Assembly (NCBI GenBank): GCA_012729955.1
Contig: JAAYBX010000153.1
Coordinates: 712 to 64,711, forward strand
Direction of reading: 5' to 3'
DNA length: 64,000 nt
From: Clostridiaceae bacterium
GTDB lineage: Bacteria; Bacillota; Clostridia; DUPQ01
A program made the position numbers and the translations under genes. This document shows, in pieces, positions 29,677 through 39,159 of this stretch. The notes beneath the pieces are model-generated. The model was not told the origin of the DNA, did not search any database, and saw only the letters and a list, made by a program, of their open reading frames with translations. The number at the start of each line of letters is the position of its first letter. The stretch's first letter is position 1.

Positions 29677-32262
29677 TTGGAAAATGATATAAATAAAAGA
29701 AAAGGATTATCAATTAAAAGTGTAGTAATTATCGTCTATACTATTCTTGTAATAATAGCCTTCACAGTAATTATATATACTCTGTTCAACAATTCTATGG
29801 ATGCAGCCCGTAAAGAAGCGGATTTAGCTTGTTCAAGCCTTAATAACGATATATGTAATATTGTACGCAACAGTATTGACATTACAGACCATATAAGCAA
29901 AGTATATAGAGATATGATATCCAGCGGTATAATTCCCTTAACTGGTGAGTCAGATAAGGATGCAATGCTTATCAATTTCTTGAAAAATCACAGTGAAAAC
30001 ATTTCTGTATTCGCATACATGGACAGAGATGATAATATCTACACAGCGATAAAACAGGATAACCAGGAAATAAAAGTCATATATGGCAATTCTGCTGCTT
30101 ACGTGCAAAATGCAGATTCGTCAGACTGGTTAACACTAGCAAAAACGGCAACATCTAGTTTCACATTGCCAATAGGCATTTCTGATTGGTCTTCAGTCCC
30201 AACTGTCAGGAGTATATTCCCTATTTTTGATGATAATGATTTCTTCTTTGGAGCTTTATATATTGAAATTGACATGAAAAGCATGTTAAGTCAGATTACA
30301 AAAACAGTTAATTCATATACTGATGCAGTATATATAATTGATAAAGATACTGATAAAGTGCTCTTTGACATAAATACTAGCCAGTCTTTATCTGATTCTT
30401 CTATAGAAAAACATAGTATAAACAATCAATATCTTAAATATAAGGAAACATCAGAAAAATCTTTTTCTTTTGGCGGGTTGATCCGGGGCAGCTATTATAC
30501 ATTCAACGAATATTCTCATGACGGAATAAACTGGGTTATCGCTACTTCAGTTCCACATAGATTTTATCTCGATTCATTTAAAGAAAATATGAGTATTTTT
30601 ATTCTTTTTACAGTTATTTCATTAGCTATATCCTTTCTCCTGTATCACATATTATCTGATAAGCTTATTAAACCACTAGATAATCTTGTTCAATATGCTT
30701 CGGATATCTCCAATGGGAATCTCGATGTAAAGATACCTGTCATTCAAGACAATGAGATTGGAAAGTTATCCAGTGCTTTCAATCATATGACTAGAAGATT
30801 GAAAAATCTAATCAGTAATCTCGAGAAGACTGTGGATGAAAGAACCGATAAGCTGATAGCTGCAAATGAAAAGTTGAGAGAAAATAAAGAACAGCTTCAG
30901 ATAATACTAAATTCTACTGCTGAAGCTATTTACGGGGTAGACCTTGAAGGCATATGCACTTTTTGCAACAACAGCTGTCTGAATATATTAGGTTATGATA
31001 CAGAAGAGCAGCTTTTAGGCAAAAAAATGCATGATCTGTTGTTTGATAATACAAATAACCAGCATAGCGCATGCAGAGTAGTCGACTATATGAAAAAAGG
31101 ACAGACTTTGCATGAAGATAACGGCGAATTCTTAAAAGCTGATAAAAGCAGCATATATGTTGAATTCCATTCTTATCCTCAGTATAAGAATGACGAAGTA
31201 ATAGGCTCCGTTGTTACTTTCTTAGATATTTCACAGAAAAAAATGAATATGGAACGTATTCGGTATTTAAGTTATCACGATGTTCTTACCGGACTTCCAA
31301 ATCGAAGAAAATTCGAAGAGACAATTGAACAGATTGGAATAGCAAGTAGTCTGCCATATTCAGTGATATTCGCAGATATTAACGGACTTAAGATGACAAA
31401 TGACATATTCGGACATGATACTGGTGATAAACTTATTGTAAAAGCAGCACAGATACTAAAAAAGAATGTTAACGACGATTCATTTATTGCTCGTGTCGGA
31501 GGAGATGAATTTATTATACTTCTTCCAAAAACCAGCCATGAAGAAGCATCCATTACTATGAATACAATTAAAGATGAAATACATAATACTAAAATTGCTG
31601 CTGTAATGTGTAGCATATCCATTGGTGCTGAGACAATCACAGATGAAAAAACAACAATTGAACAGGCAATTAATATTGCTGAGAATAAAATGTACCGCGA
31701 AAAAGTTATGAACAGAAAAAGCACCAATACCAATCTACTTAAGGATCTGATTACTGCATTGCATGAAAGAAGCACAAGAGAGGTCATTCATTCCAAGAAT
31801 GTGTCAGAACTATCAGAGAAAATAGCTATAGCAATGAAACTTTCTGAACCGCTAGTTAAAAAAGTAAAACTAGCAGGATATATGCACGATATAGGTAAAA
31901 TAGTGCTTGATGAGGAAATACTCAAAAAGGATGATTATTCTGACGAGGAAAGAGAACAATTCCATCTTCATCCTGTTCATGGATATAGAATATTGAATCT
32001 GTTTGATGACACGCTGGATATAGCTGAAGGCGTATACTGCCATCATGAGAAATGGAACGGTTCTGGATATCCGAAGGGATTAAAAGAATCTGAGATTCCT
32101 CTAATCGCCCGTATTATTGCTGTTGCAGAAGCATATGATGCACTTATAAACAAAAAAACCACTTCTGCCTTACCAAAAAATGAAGCTTTGAAGGAAATCA
32201 AGAAAGCTTCAGGGATAACGCTTGATCCATATATTGCCGATCTGTTTGTTGATATCATGTAG
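29677..32262 (+). CDS. Membrane sensor with periplasmic (dCache-like) domain, HAMP, PAS, GGDEF and HD-GYP domains
   Basis: 'RVGGDEFIILL' GGDEF. 'HDIGKIVL...HHEKWNGSGYPKGL' HD-GYP. PAS 'ILNSTAEAIYGVDLEG'. Two TM segments flank about 270 aa. The apparent start is TTG with GAGGA upstream. Confidence 0.75.
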   Translation: MENDINKRKGLSIKSVVIIVYTILVIIAFTVIIYTLFNNSMDAARKEADLACSSLNNDICNIVRNSIDITDHISKVYRDMISSGIIPLTGESDKDAMLINFLKNHSENISVFAYMDRDDNIYTAIKQDNQEIKVIYGNSAAYVQNADSSDWLTLAKTATSSFTLPIGISDWSSVPTVRSIFPIFDDNDFFFGALYIEIDMKSMLSQITKTVNSYTDAVYIIDKDTDKVLFDINTSQSLSDSSIEKHSINNQYLKYKETSEKSFSFGGLIRGSYYTFNEYSHDGINWVIATSVPHRFYLDSFKENMSIFILFTVISLAISFLLYHILSDKLIKPLDNLVQYASDISNGNLDVKIPVIQDNEIGKLSSAFNHMTRRLKNLISNLEKTVDERTDKLIAANEKLRENKEQLQIILNSTAEAIYGVDLEGICTFCNNSCLNILGYDTEEQLLGKKMHDLLFDNTNNQHSACRVVDYMKKGQTLHEDNGEFLKADKSSIYVEFHSYPQYKNDEVIGSVVTFLDISQKKMNMERIRYLSYHDVLTGLPNRRKFEETIEQIGIASSLPYSVIFADINGLKMTNDIFGHDTGDKLIVKAAQILKKNVNDDSFIARVGGDEFIILLPKTSHEEASITMNTIKDEIHNTKIAAVMCSISIGAETITDEKTTIEQAINIAENKMYREKVMNRKSTNTNLLKDLITALHERSTREVIHSKNVSELSEKIAIAMKLSEPLVKKVKLAGYMHDIGKIVLDEEILKKDDYSDEEREQFHLHPVHGYRILNLFDDTLDIAEGVYCHHEKWNGSGYPKGLKESEIPLIARIIAVAEAYDALINKKTTSALPKNEALKEIKKASGITLDPYIADLFVDIM

Positions 32263-32280
32263 GATAGTGTATAATAGTAA
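32263..32280 (+). promoter_or_regulatory. Promoter core GATAGTGTATAATAGTAA (copy 1) upstream of GGDEF paralog 1
   Basis: Identical 18-mer also at 33463-33480. Contains TGTATAAT. TTGATA lies 15 nt upstream. Confidence 0.5.
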
Positions 32281-32318
32281 TAATAATGAATAAGACATGC
32301 AATTGGAGTCACGGATCA

Positions 32319-33398
32319 ATGAATTTGAAAGACAAATGGTCAGGATTCATCACAAATAAAGGCAAGTATAGTAAGTATGATCCGGATTACAGCAAGGCAT
32401 ATCTGCTTAATATAAGCCTGATAGTCATGTCACTGGCTTTTTTTGTATATGGAATCATCAATCTTGTTGCAACAGTAACACCTGTAATACCAATATTGAA
32501 CTTTATACTGATGATAGCAACTATTGCAACTTTGATATATTTTCATGCAACTAATAATCTTAATATCTGTACCATACTGTCTGTAATACTGCTTACAGTA
32601 TTTTTATCTTCTTTTATTTATATAGTCGGCAATAATTTCTATGGGTTATTCTGGTTCGCAACTTATCCTCCTTATGTTTACTTTCTTTTAGGAAGGAAAA
32701 GAGGACACATTGCTACATTTTTATATTCTGCAACGATTTTTGTATACATCCTGATAAGTTCGAGACAATGGGAACCTGCCCTTTTCAGCGTTCATTCATT
32801 CTTGAACATTTTCGGAACAATAATATGTCTGGCTCTTATGGTAATGTATTATGAAAAAAGCAAAGAATATGCCTATGAGTCCTTGATGATGAAGAACAAG
32901 GAGCTGGAAGTAATATCTGTTACAGACAGGCTCACAGGGCTGTATAACAGATATATGATTGATGAAGTGCTATACCAGTCATTAAAAAAGAGCAAAGACT
33001 GTGAAAAGCCTTTTTCCATCATAATTGCGGATATTGATTTTTTTAAAACCATAAACGATAACTTCGGGCATCTTGTCGGAGATAAGGTTTTAGTGGAAAT
33101 TGCTGACATATTCAAATCTGCTATCTCAGGTACAGATATCGTCGGAAGATGGGGTGGTGAGGAATTTATGATAATCTGTCCTGAAAAAAATATAATTGAA
33201 GCAAATAAGCTTGCGGTCTATATAAAAGATAAAATAGCCAAAAAAGACTTCGGCATAGTCGGCAAGATTACTATGAGTTTCGGCGCTGCAGCTTGCTCAA
33301 AAGGAGAAACCATCGATAGCCTGATTAGAAAAGCTGATAATTCGTTATTTAAGGCTAAGAAACAAGGCAGAAATAAAATAAATAGTTATCAGATATAG
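32319..33398 (+). CDS. Membrane-anchored diguanylate cyclase (5-6 TM + GGDEF), paralog 1
   Basis: 'RWGGEEFMIICP' GG(D/E)EF. 'TDRLTGLYNR'. About 50 percent identical to the next gene by eye. Confidence 0.75.
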   Translation: MNLKDKWSGFITNKGKYSKYDPDYSKAYLLNISLIVMSLAFFVYGIINLVATVTPVIPILNFILMIATIATLIYFHATNNLNICTILSVILLTVFLSSFIYIVGNNFYGLFWFATYPPYVYFLLGRKRGHIATFLYSATIFVYILISSRQWEPALFSVHSFLNIFGTIICLALMVMYYEKSKEYAYESLMMKNKELEVISVTDRLTGLYNRYMIDEVLYQSLKKSKDCEKPFSIIIADIDFFKTINDNFGHLVGDKVLVEIADIFKSAISGTDIVGRWGGEEFMIICPEKNIIEANKLAVYIKDKIAKKDFGIVGKITMSFGAAACSKGETIDSLIRKADNSLFKAKKQGRNKINSYQI

Positions 33399-33462
33399 GT
33401 GTTTGTCCTCTTTGCAGGACAATGCTCTTCCTTACTTTCATTTTTGTCTTGAACTTATAACA

Positions 33463-33480
33463 GATAGTGTATAATAGTAA
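33463..33480 (+). promoter_or_regulatory. Promoter core GATAGTGTATAATAGTAA (copy 2) upstream of GGDEF paralog 2
   Basis: Identical to 32263-32280. TTGAAC lies 15 nt upstream. Confidence 0.5.
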
Positions 33481-33491
33481 AATGTAAATAT

Positions 33492-34577
33492 ATGAAAAGG
33501 ACGGATTCTTTGGCTGAAAAAAATAGGATACTGAAAAGATACCTTTCAAACAATAATAGATATCAAATGGATGATCCTGATTGCGGAAGAGCATATCTTC
33601 TAAACGCTGTTCTTTTCTCCATGTCTGTTTTATGTATTGTATTTGCAGTTCTGAATATAATTAAAACAGATTATCCTCCCTTCATAATCTTCCATACTGT
33701 TATAATGTCATTATCAATAATTACAATCATATTCTTCCATAAGACTGATAATATGAAGCTTACTTCTCTTTTCTCTGTAATATTAGCTACTTTTCTGATG
33801 GCATCCTTTATATATTTAGTAAAGAATAATCATTTTGGTTTATTTTGGTTTGCAGTATACCCTCCATTCGTTTATTTCATATTAGGCAGAAAGAAAGGCA
33901 GAATAGCTACTCTGTCTTTTGGAATATCAGTACTTGCGTATATTATCTTTTCACATAGAAACTGGGAACCTGCTGTCTTTGACTATATATCCATAGTAAA
34001 TATTTCCGGAGCCAGTATATGTTTGACGCTGCTTATAGTATTTTATGAGAAAAGCAAAAGACAAGCTGAAGAATCTCTTGTAACTAAAAATAATCAGCTT
34101 CATATAATGTCAATAACAGACAGGCTTACCGGCCTTTACAACAGACACAAATTAGATGAGACCTTATATGAACTTATGCAGAAAAGCAGAAATTGCGAAA
34201 AGCAATTTTCTATTATTATTGCAGATATAGATCAATTTAAATCCGTGAATGATACATACGGACACTTGACTGGTGATAAGGTACTGATTGATATATCCAA
34301 AATCATATCATCTCGAGTGAGGCAGTCTGATGTTGCAGGACGTTGGGGAGGAGAAGAATTTTTAATCATCTGCCCTGATACTGATTATGCAGGAATTACA
34401 GATATTTCAAAGAAAATAGAAGCAGATATATCAGGTTACAAATTTGAGAGTGTTGAAGGTATAACATTGAGTTTCGGGATAGCGACATGCTGCAAAGGTG
34501 AGACAATTGATTCTTTGCTTCAAAGAGCAGACATCAGCATGTATGAATGTAAGCAGTCTCATAAAAAAACATTTTAA
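33492..34577 (+). CDS. Membrane-anchored diguanylate cyclase (GGDEF), paralog 2
   Basis: 'RWGGEEFLIICP' and 'TDRLTGLYNR'. Same architecture as 32319-33398. Confidence 0.75.
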   Translation: MKRTDSLAEKNRILKRYLSNNNRYQMDDPDCGRAYLLNAVLFSMSVLCIVFAVLNIIKTDYPPFIIFHTVIMSLSIITIIFFHKTDNMKLTSLFSVILATFLMASFIYLVKNNHFGLFWFAVYPPFVYFILGRKKGRIATLSFGISVLAYIIFSHRNWEPAVFDYISIVNISGASICLTLLIVFYEKSKRQAEESLVTKNNQLHIMSITDRLTGLYNRHKLDETLYELMQKSRNCEKQFSIIIADIDQFKSVNDTYGHLTGDKVLIDISKIISSRVRQSDVAGRWGGEEFLIICPDTDYAGITDISKKIEADISGYKFESVEGITLSFGIATCCKGETIDSLLQRADISMYECKQSHKKTF

Positions 34578-34617
34578 TTATTATATGGTAAAATAGAATA
34601 AAATGCAGTAAAAGGAC

Positions 34618-35295
34618 TTGTATATGTATAAGATTCTTATTGTAGAGGATAATCTGATAATAGCTTCTTCTCTTAAAAAACAGATAGAGACATGGGGGTG
34701 TGATGCTCAGATAGTTAGTGATTTCAAAAATGTCTTTGACTTCTTTATAGATTACAAGCCGCATCTTGTTCTTATGGATATTTCACTTCCCTATTTTAAT
34801 GGATATCACTGGTGCGAAATGATAAGAAAAGTATCAAAAGTACCAATACTGTTTATCTCATCTTTTGCAGATAATATGAATATAATTATGGCAATGAATA
34901 TGGGTGGAGATGACTTTATTTCAAAACCTTTTGATCTTGATGTCCTGATTGCAAAAATCAATGCTCTTCTAAGAAGATCATATGACATGAAACCTGATGA
35001 GGATTTTATTATAGTTAAAGGATTACTTCTCAACACTAATAACTTGACAATTGAATATGAAGGTATTAAAAGTGAGCTGACAAAAAATGAATTCCGTATA
35101 TTACAGGTTCTTATGAGTAATAGCGGAAAAACAGTATCACGTGACATGCTGATGTCAAAGTTATGGGAAACAGACAGTTATATAGATGATAATACCTTGA
35201 CTGTAAATATAAACAGGCTTAGAAAAAAACTAGAAAGTATAGGATTATTAAATGTGATAACAACAAAAAAAGGAGTCGGTTACCTTATTTCATGA
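34618..35295 (+). CDS. OmpR-family response regulator, BceR-like
   Basis: Receiver 'ILIVEDN...LVLMDISLPYFNGY' + winged helix. Followed by an intramembrane-sensing HK and BceAB-type ABC genes. Confidence 0.75.
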   Translation: MYMYKILIVEDNLIIASSLKKQIETWGCDAQIVSDFKNVFDFFIDYKPHLVLMDISLPYFNGYHWCEMIRKVSKVPILFISSFADNMNIIMAMNMGGDDFISKPFDLDVLIAKINALLRRSYDMKPDEDFIIVKGLLLNTNNLTIEYEGIKSELTKNEFRILQVLMSNSGKTVSRDMLMSKLWETDSYIDDNTLTVNINRLRKKLESIGLLNVITTKKGVGYLIS

Positions 35296-36284
35296 AATTG
35301 TTTTGTGAGTATTTAAAATATCATATTAAAAGCATTATCCTATTCATTATATTTACAGTAATATTCATACTGGTCTTATACCTTTACTCGGTATCAGTTG
35401 AACCGGTTTTATATGCTGCTTCTCTTTGTATAGTACTGGCTTCGATATTAACATTGATCAGTTTTTTCAGATTCCGTGAAAAACACCGAGCTCTTCTGGC
35501 AATGATAAACAAGATAACAATAAGCAAGGATAACCTTCCAAAACCGAAAAATATCATTGAAGATGATTACTTGAAGCTTATTGATGTACTATATCAGGAA
35601 AAATGCAGTATAGATTCGCAAAAATCGCTTACCATATCGCAATTGAACGATTATTACACATTATGGGTGCATCAGATCAAAACACCAATCTCAGCAATAA
35701 AATTGTTGTTCCAGTCAAAAAAAATACATGACATTGAAATTGAACAGCAGCTTTTTAAAATAGAACAGTATGCAGAGATGGCTTTACAGTATATAAGGAC
35801 TGAATCTGATGCAGCTGATTTCATAATACATAAATATCCTTTGGATTCAATTATACGCCAGGCAATTCGAAAATATTCAAAGTTGTTCATATTGAAGAAA
35901 ATTACTCTTGACTATATCCCTACCGACATTAGCGTGCTAACTGATGAAAAATGGCTTTTATTCGTTATTGAACAGATACTCTCAAACTCATTGAAATACA
36001 CACAACAAGGCAAAATATCAATTTATATGAAAGAGCAAAGTAAATTCACATTAGTTATCGAAGATACAGGAATAGGAATCGAACCAGATGATCTTCCAAG
36101 AATATGTGAAAAAGGTTATACCGGTTACAACGGTAGGATTGATAAGAAATCTACAGGTATCGGCCTTTATTTAAGCAGGAAAATATTAACAAGACTGTCT
36201 CATAAAATTGATATATACTCTCTTCCTGGCAAAGGCACCAAAGTTTTCATTGATCTGTCATTAAACGACCAGGTATTCGAATAA
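35292..36284 (+). CDS. Intramembrane-sensing histidine kinase, BceS-like
   Basis: Two N-terminal TM helices with almost no extracellular loop. 'HQIKTPISAI' H-box. 'GIGLYLSRKI' G-box. ATGA overlap with the RR gene. Confidence 0.7.
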   Translation: MKLFCEYLKYHIKSIILFIIFTVIFILVLYLYSVSVEPVLYAASLCIVLASILTLISFFRFREKHRALLAMINKITISKDNLPKPKNIIEDDYLKLIDVLYQEKCSIDSQKSLTISQLNDYYTLWVHQIKTPISAIKLLFQSKKIHDIEIEQQLFKIEQYAEMALQYIRTESDAADFIIHKYPLDSIIRQAIRKYSKLFILKKITLDYIPTDISVLTDEKWLLFVIEQILSNSLKYTQQGKISIYMKEQSKFTLVIEDTGIGIEPDDLPRICEKGYTGYNGRIDKKSTGIGLYLSRKILTRLSHKIDIYSLPGKGTKVFIDLSLNDQVFE

Positions 36285-36286
36285 CT

Positions 36287-36300
36287 TACAAAAGTGTAAG
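36287..36300 (+). promoter_or_regulatory. BceR-type binding box TTACA-aaag-TGTAA, with a second TGTAA half-site at 36316-36320, upstream of the ABC genes
   Basis: Matches the TNACA-N4-TGTAA inverted-repeat consensus found upstream of bceA-like genes in Firmicutes. Confidence 0.5.
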
Positions 36301-36391
36301 ATAAGGTCTTTTTTTGTAAGCAAGCATTATGGATGATTGAATGACAATCTGTGATAATTGCCTTATATGATATTTTCATGGAGGTTATACT

Positions 36392-37156
36392 ATGATTTTA
36401 AATGTTAAAAATCTTAAGAAAGTGTATACATCACGATTTGGAGGACATCACGTCCAGGCTTTATCAAACGTGACATTTTCTGTTGATGAAGGTGAATTCA
36501 TTGCCATTATGGGTGAGTCTGGTTCTGGCAAGACCACGCTGCTTAATATTTTAGCTGCTTTGGACAAACCTACTTCAGGTGAAGTATTCCTGGACGGGAA
36601 AGCTCTTGTCGGTATATCAGAAAAGGAAATTTCTGCATTCAGACGCGACAATTTAGGTTTTGTTTTCCAAGATTTTAATTTACTGGATAATTTTTCTATT
36701 AAAGATAACATACTTTTACCTCTTGTTCTTGCAGGCAAGTCATTTGAAAAGATGAATACCTCTCTGAAGCCTGTATTAATTAAACTGGGAATAGAAGATA
36801 TTATCGAGAAATATCCATATGAGATATCAGGAGGACAGAAGCAAAGAACAGCCATCGCACGTGCGATAATAACTAATCCAAAACTTTTACTTGCTGATGA
36901 GCCTACAGGAGCTCTAGATTCAAGAGCAACAGACTCTCTTCTAAAACTATTCCGTAAGATAAATGAAGATGGTCAGACTGTTTTGATGGTCACACATTCC
37001 ATAAAAGCCGCAAGCCACGCTTCCAGAGTCCTTTTTTTGCGTGATGGAACAGTTTTTCACCAGATATACAGAGGTGAGTCTACAAATGAAGAACTGTATC
37101 AGAAGATATCCGATACTCTAACAATTCTTGCAACAGGCGGTGGGTTCAATGCATAA
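36392..37156 (+). CDS. ABC transporter ATP-binding protein, BceA-like
   Basis: Walker A 'GESGSGKTTL'. Signature 'ISGGQKQR'. Walker B 'LLLADEPTGALD'. Confidence 0.8.
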   Translation: MILNVKNLKKVYTSRFGGHHVQALSNVTFSVDEGEFIAIMGESGSGKTTLLNILAALDKPTSGEVFLDGKALVGISEKEISAFRRDNLGFVFQDFNLLDNFSIKDNILLPLVLAGKSFEKMNTSLKPVLIKLGIEDIIEKYPYEISGGQKQRTAIARAIITNPKLLLADEPTGALDSRATDSLLKLFRKINEDGQTVLMVTHSIKAASHASRVLFLRDGTVFHQIYRGESTNEELYQKISDTLTILATGGGFNA

Positions 37157-39143
37157 TTTTATGTATTTCAAGCTCGCAGCCGAAAATATAAAGAAAAATG
37201 CCAAAATGTATATCCCCTACTTAATAACTTCAATCATAACAATTATGATGTTTTATATAATGATCTTTTTGGCTTATAATCCAGGGCTAACCGGAATGAA
37301 AGGTTCAAGCTCAGTAGGAACTGTTTTAAACATGGGTATATATGTAATAGGCATATTCGCAGTCATCTTCCTTTTTTATACAAATAGTTTTCTGCTTAAA
37401 AGGAGAAAAAAAGAGATTGGCTTATACAACATCCTTGGAATGGAGAAAAAACATATTGCCAGAATTATGACCATTGAGAATATATACTCATATCTTATAA
37501 ATATGATTTCAGGCATTTTCTTCGGGATTCTTTTCTCCAGATTAATGCTGCTTCTACTTATTAAAATTCTAAGAGCAGGTACTGGATTTGTGTTCAATAT
37601 ATCTCTTAAAGGTATATATATAACTTTTATTTTCTTTACAATCATCTCAGCTCTGATTCTTCTAAACAATATACGCCAGATACATTTATCCAAGCCTATC
37701 GAACTGCTTAAAGGAGGAAATGTCGGAGAAAAGGAACCAAAATCAAAATGGATTATAGCTGCTACTGGTATTCTGACCATGGGGACAGGTTACTTTATGG
37801 CAATTACAGTCAACAATGCTGTATCTGCATTGAATTATTTTTTTATTGCGGTTATTCTAGTAATAATCGGCACTTACTGTCTTTTTACTGCAGGAAGTAT
37901 AGTTTTGCTGAAAATCCTTAGAAGGAACAAGAAATACTATTACAAGACAAACCATTTCACATCTGTATCTGGAATGATTTACAGAATGAAACAGAATGCA
38001 GTCGGTCTTGCTAATATCTGTATTCTTTCTACTATGGTGCTTGTAATGCTATCATCTACAGTTTGTCTGTATATCGGTCAGGACAACGTCCTCAATAACA
38101 GATTCCCGACAAATATAGGGATAAATACCATATTTTCAAATAAGGAAGAGTCAGAATCAGTAAGCAATACCGTAAAAAAAATTGTACAAGACAGCGGTTA
38201 CAAAATAGAAGCATATAATGAATTCAGATACAAGGTATACACACTGGAATTCAATAAGGAGGAAAAAACATTTCTTCCAAGCACTGATATCACCCTAAAC
38301 ATAGATAAGATGTATCTTGCTTACTTTTTTCCAATTGAATCATATATCACGCAGACAGGCTCTGATGTCGTTCTTAATGATGAAGATGTACTTATATACA
38401 GTCCTGATGAAATTGATATTTCAGATAAATTCTTGATCCAAGATCTGAATTTCCATGTTAAAGGCATGGTCGAAAACCCTGGATTTACAATTCAGACTAG
38501 CGGTTCATATATGAAGCTGGTTTACATATTCGTAAAAGATGAGGAAATTATAAGCCAAATTCACAATCAGTTTGGAGATTATTATGGTGATTATTACAAA
38601 TTGTCTCATGTTATCGGTTTCGATGTCATAGAAAACGAAGACAAACAGACTAAATTAGTATCTACCTTACGTGATACGCTTGAAAGCACAGATGAGTATA
38701 AGAATCTTACTTTTCAAATATATTCAACAGCTGAAGAAAGATTCGACTTTTATGCTCTTTATGGCGGATTGTTCTTCTTAGGGCTTTTCCTTGGAGCACT
38801 ATTCATAATGGCAACAGTACTGATAATTTATTATAAACAGATCTCTGAAGGATATGAAGATAAACAGCGGTTTTACATAATGCAGCAGGTCGGTATGAGT
38901 AAAGTGGAAGTAAGAAAATCTATACGGTCCCAGGTCTTGACAGTCTTCTTCCTACCTCTTATATCAGCCATTGTACATATAATATTCGCATTCAAAATGA
39001 TAACGATGATGCTGGAATTACTTAATCTTACGAATGTCTCTTTGTTCGTGATTTGTACAGTTGCAACAGTAATCATTTTTACAGTTTTCTATACTGCAGT
39101 ATATTCGCTTACTGCACGTACTTACTACAAAATAGTTGAATAA
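37149..39143 (+). CDS. ABC transporter permease, FtsX-like 10-TM BceB-like with large extracellular loop
   Basis: 'FKLAAENIKKN' N-terminus typical of BceB/VraG. Two FtsX-like TM clusters separated by about 200 aa. Start trimmed to MHNFMY, where GGTGGG sits 5 nt upstream. Confidence 0.7.
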   Translation: MHNFMYFKLAAENIKKNAKMYIPYLITSIITIMMFYIMIFLAYNPGLTGMKGSSSVGTVLNMGIYVIGIFAVIFLFYTNSFLLKRRKKEIGLYNILGMEKKHIARIMTIENIYSYLINMISGIFFGILFSRLMLLLLIKILRAGTGFVFNISLKGIYITFIFFTIISALILLNNIRQIHLSKPIELLKGGNVGEKEPKSKWIIAATGILTMGTGYFMAITVNNAVSALNYFFIAVILVIIGTYCLFTAGSIVLLKILRRNKKYYYKTNHFTSVSGMIYRMKQNAVGLANICILSTMVLVMLSSTVCLYIGQDNVLNNRFPTNIGINTIFSNKEESESVSNTVKKIVQDSGYKIEAYNEFRYKVYTLEFNKEEKTFLPSTDITLNIDKMYLAYFFPIESYITQTGSDVVLNDEDVLIYSPDEIDISDKFLIQDLNFHVKGMVENPGFTIQTSGSYMKLVYIFVKDEEIISQIHNQFGDYYGDYYKLSHVIGFDVIENEDKQTKLVSTLRDTLESTDEYKNLTFQIYSTAEERFDFYALYGGLFFLGLFLGALFIMATVLIIYYKQISEGYEDKQRFYIMQQVGMSKVEVRKSIRSQVLTVFFLPLISAIVHIIFAFKMITMMLELLNLTNVSLFVICTVATVIIFTVFYTAVYSLTARTYYKIVE

Positions 39144-39159
39144 AATCAACAACCAGTAA

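Noticed and set aside
36286-36324. A hairpin CTTACA-aaag-TGTAAG followed by a T-run, as a rho-independent terminator for bceS
   Set aside because: The T-run is 7 nt away from the stem, and the stem exactly matches the BceR box consensus. A regulatory site fits better, although weak termination is not excluded.
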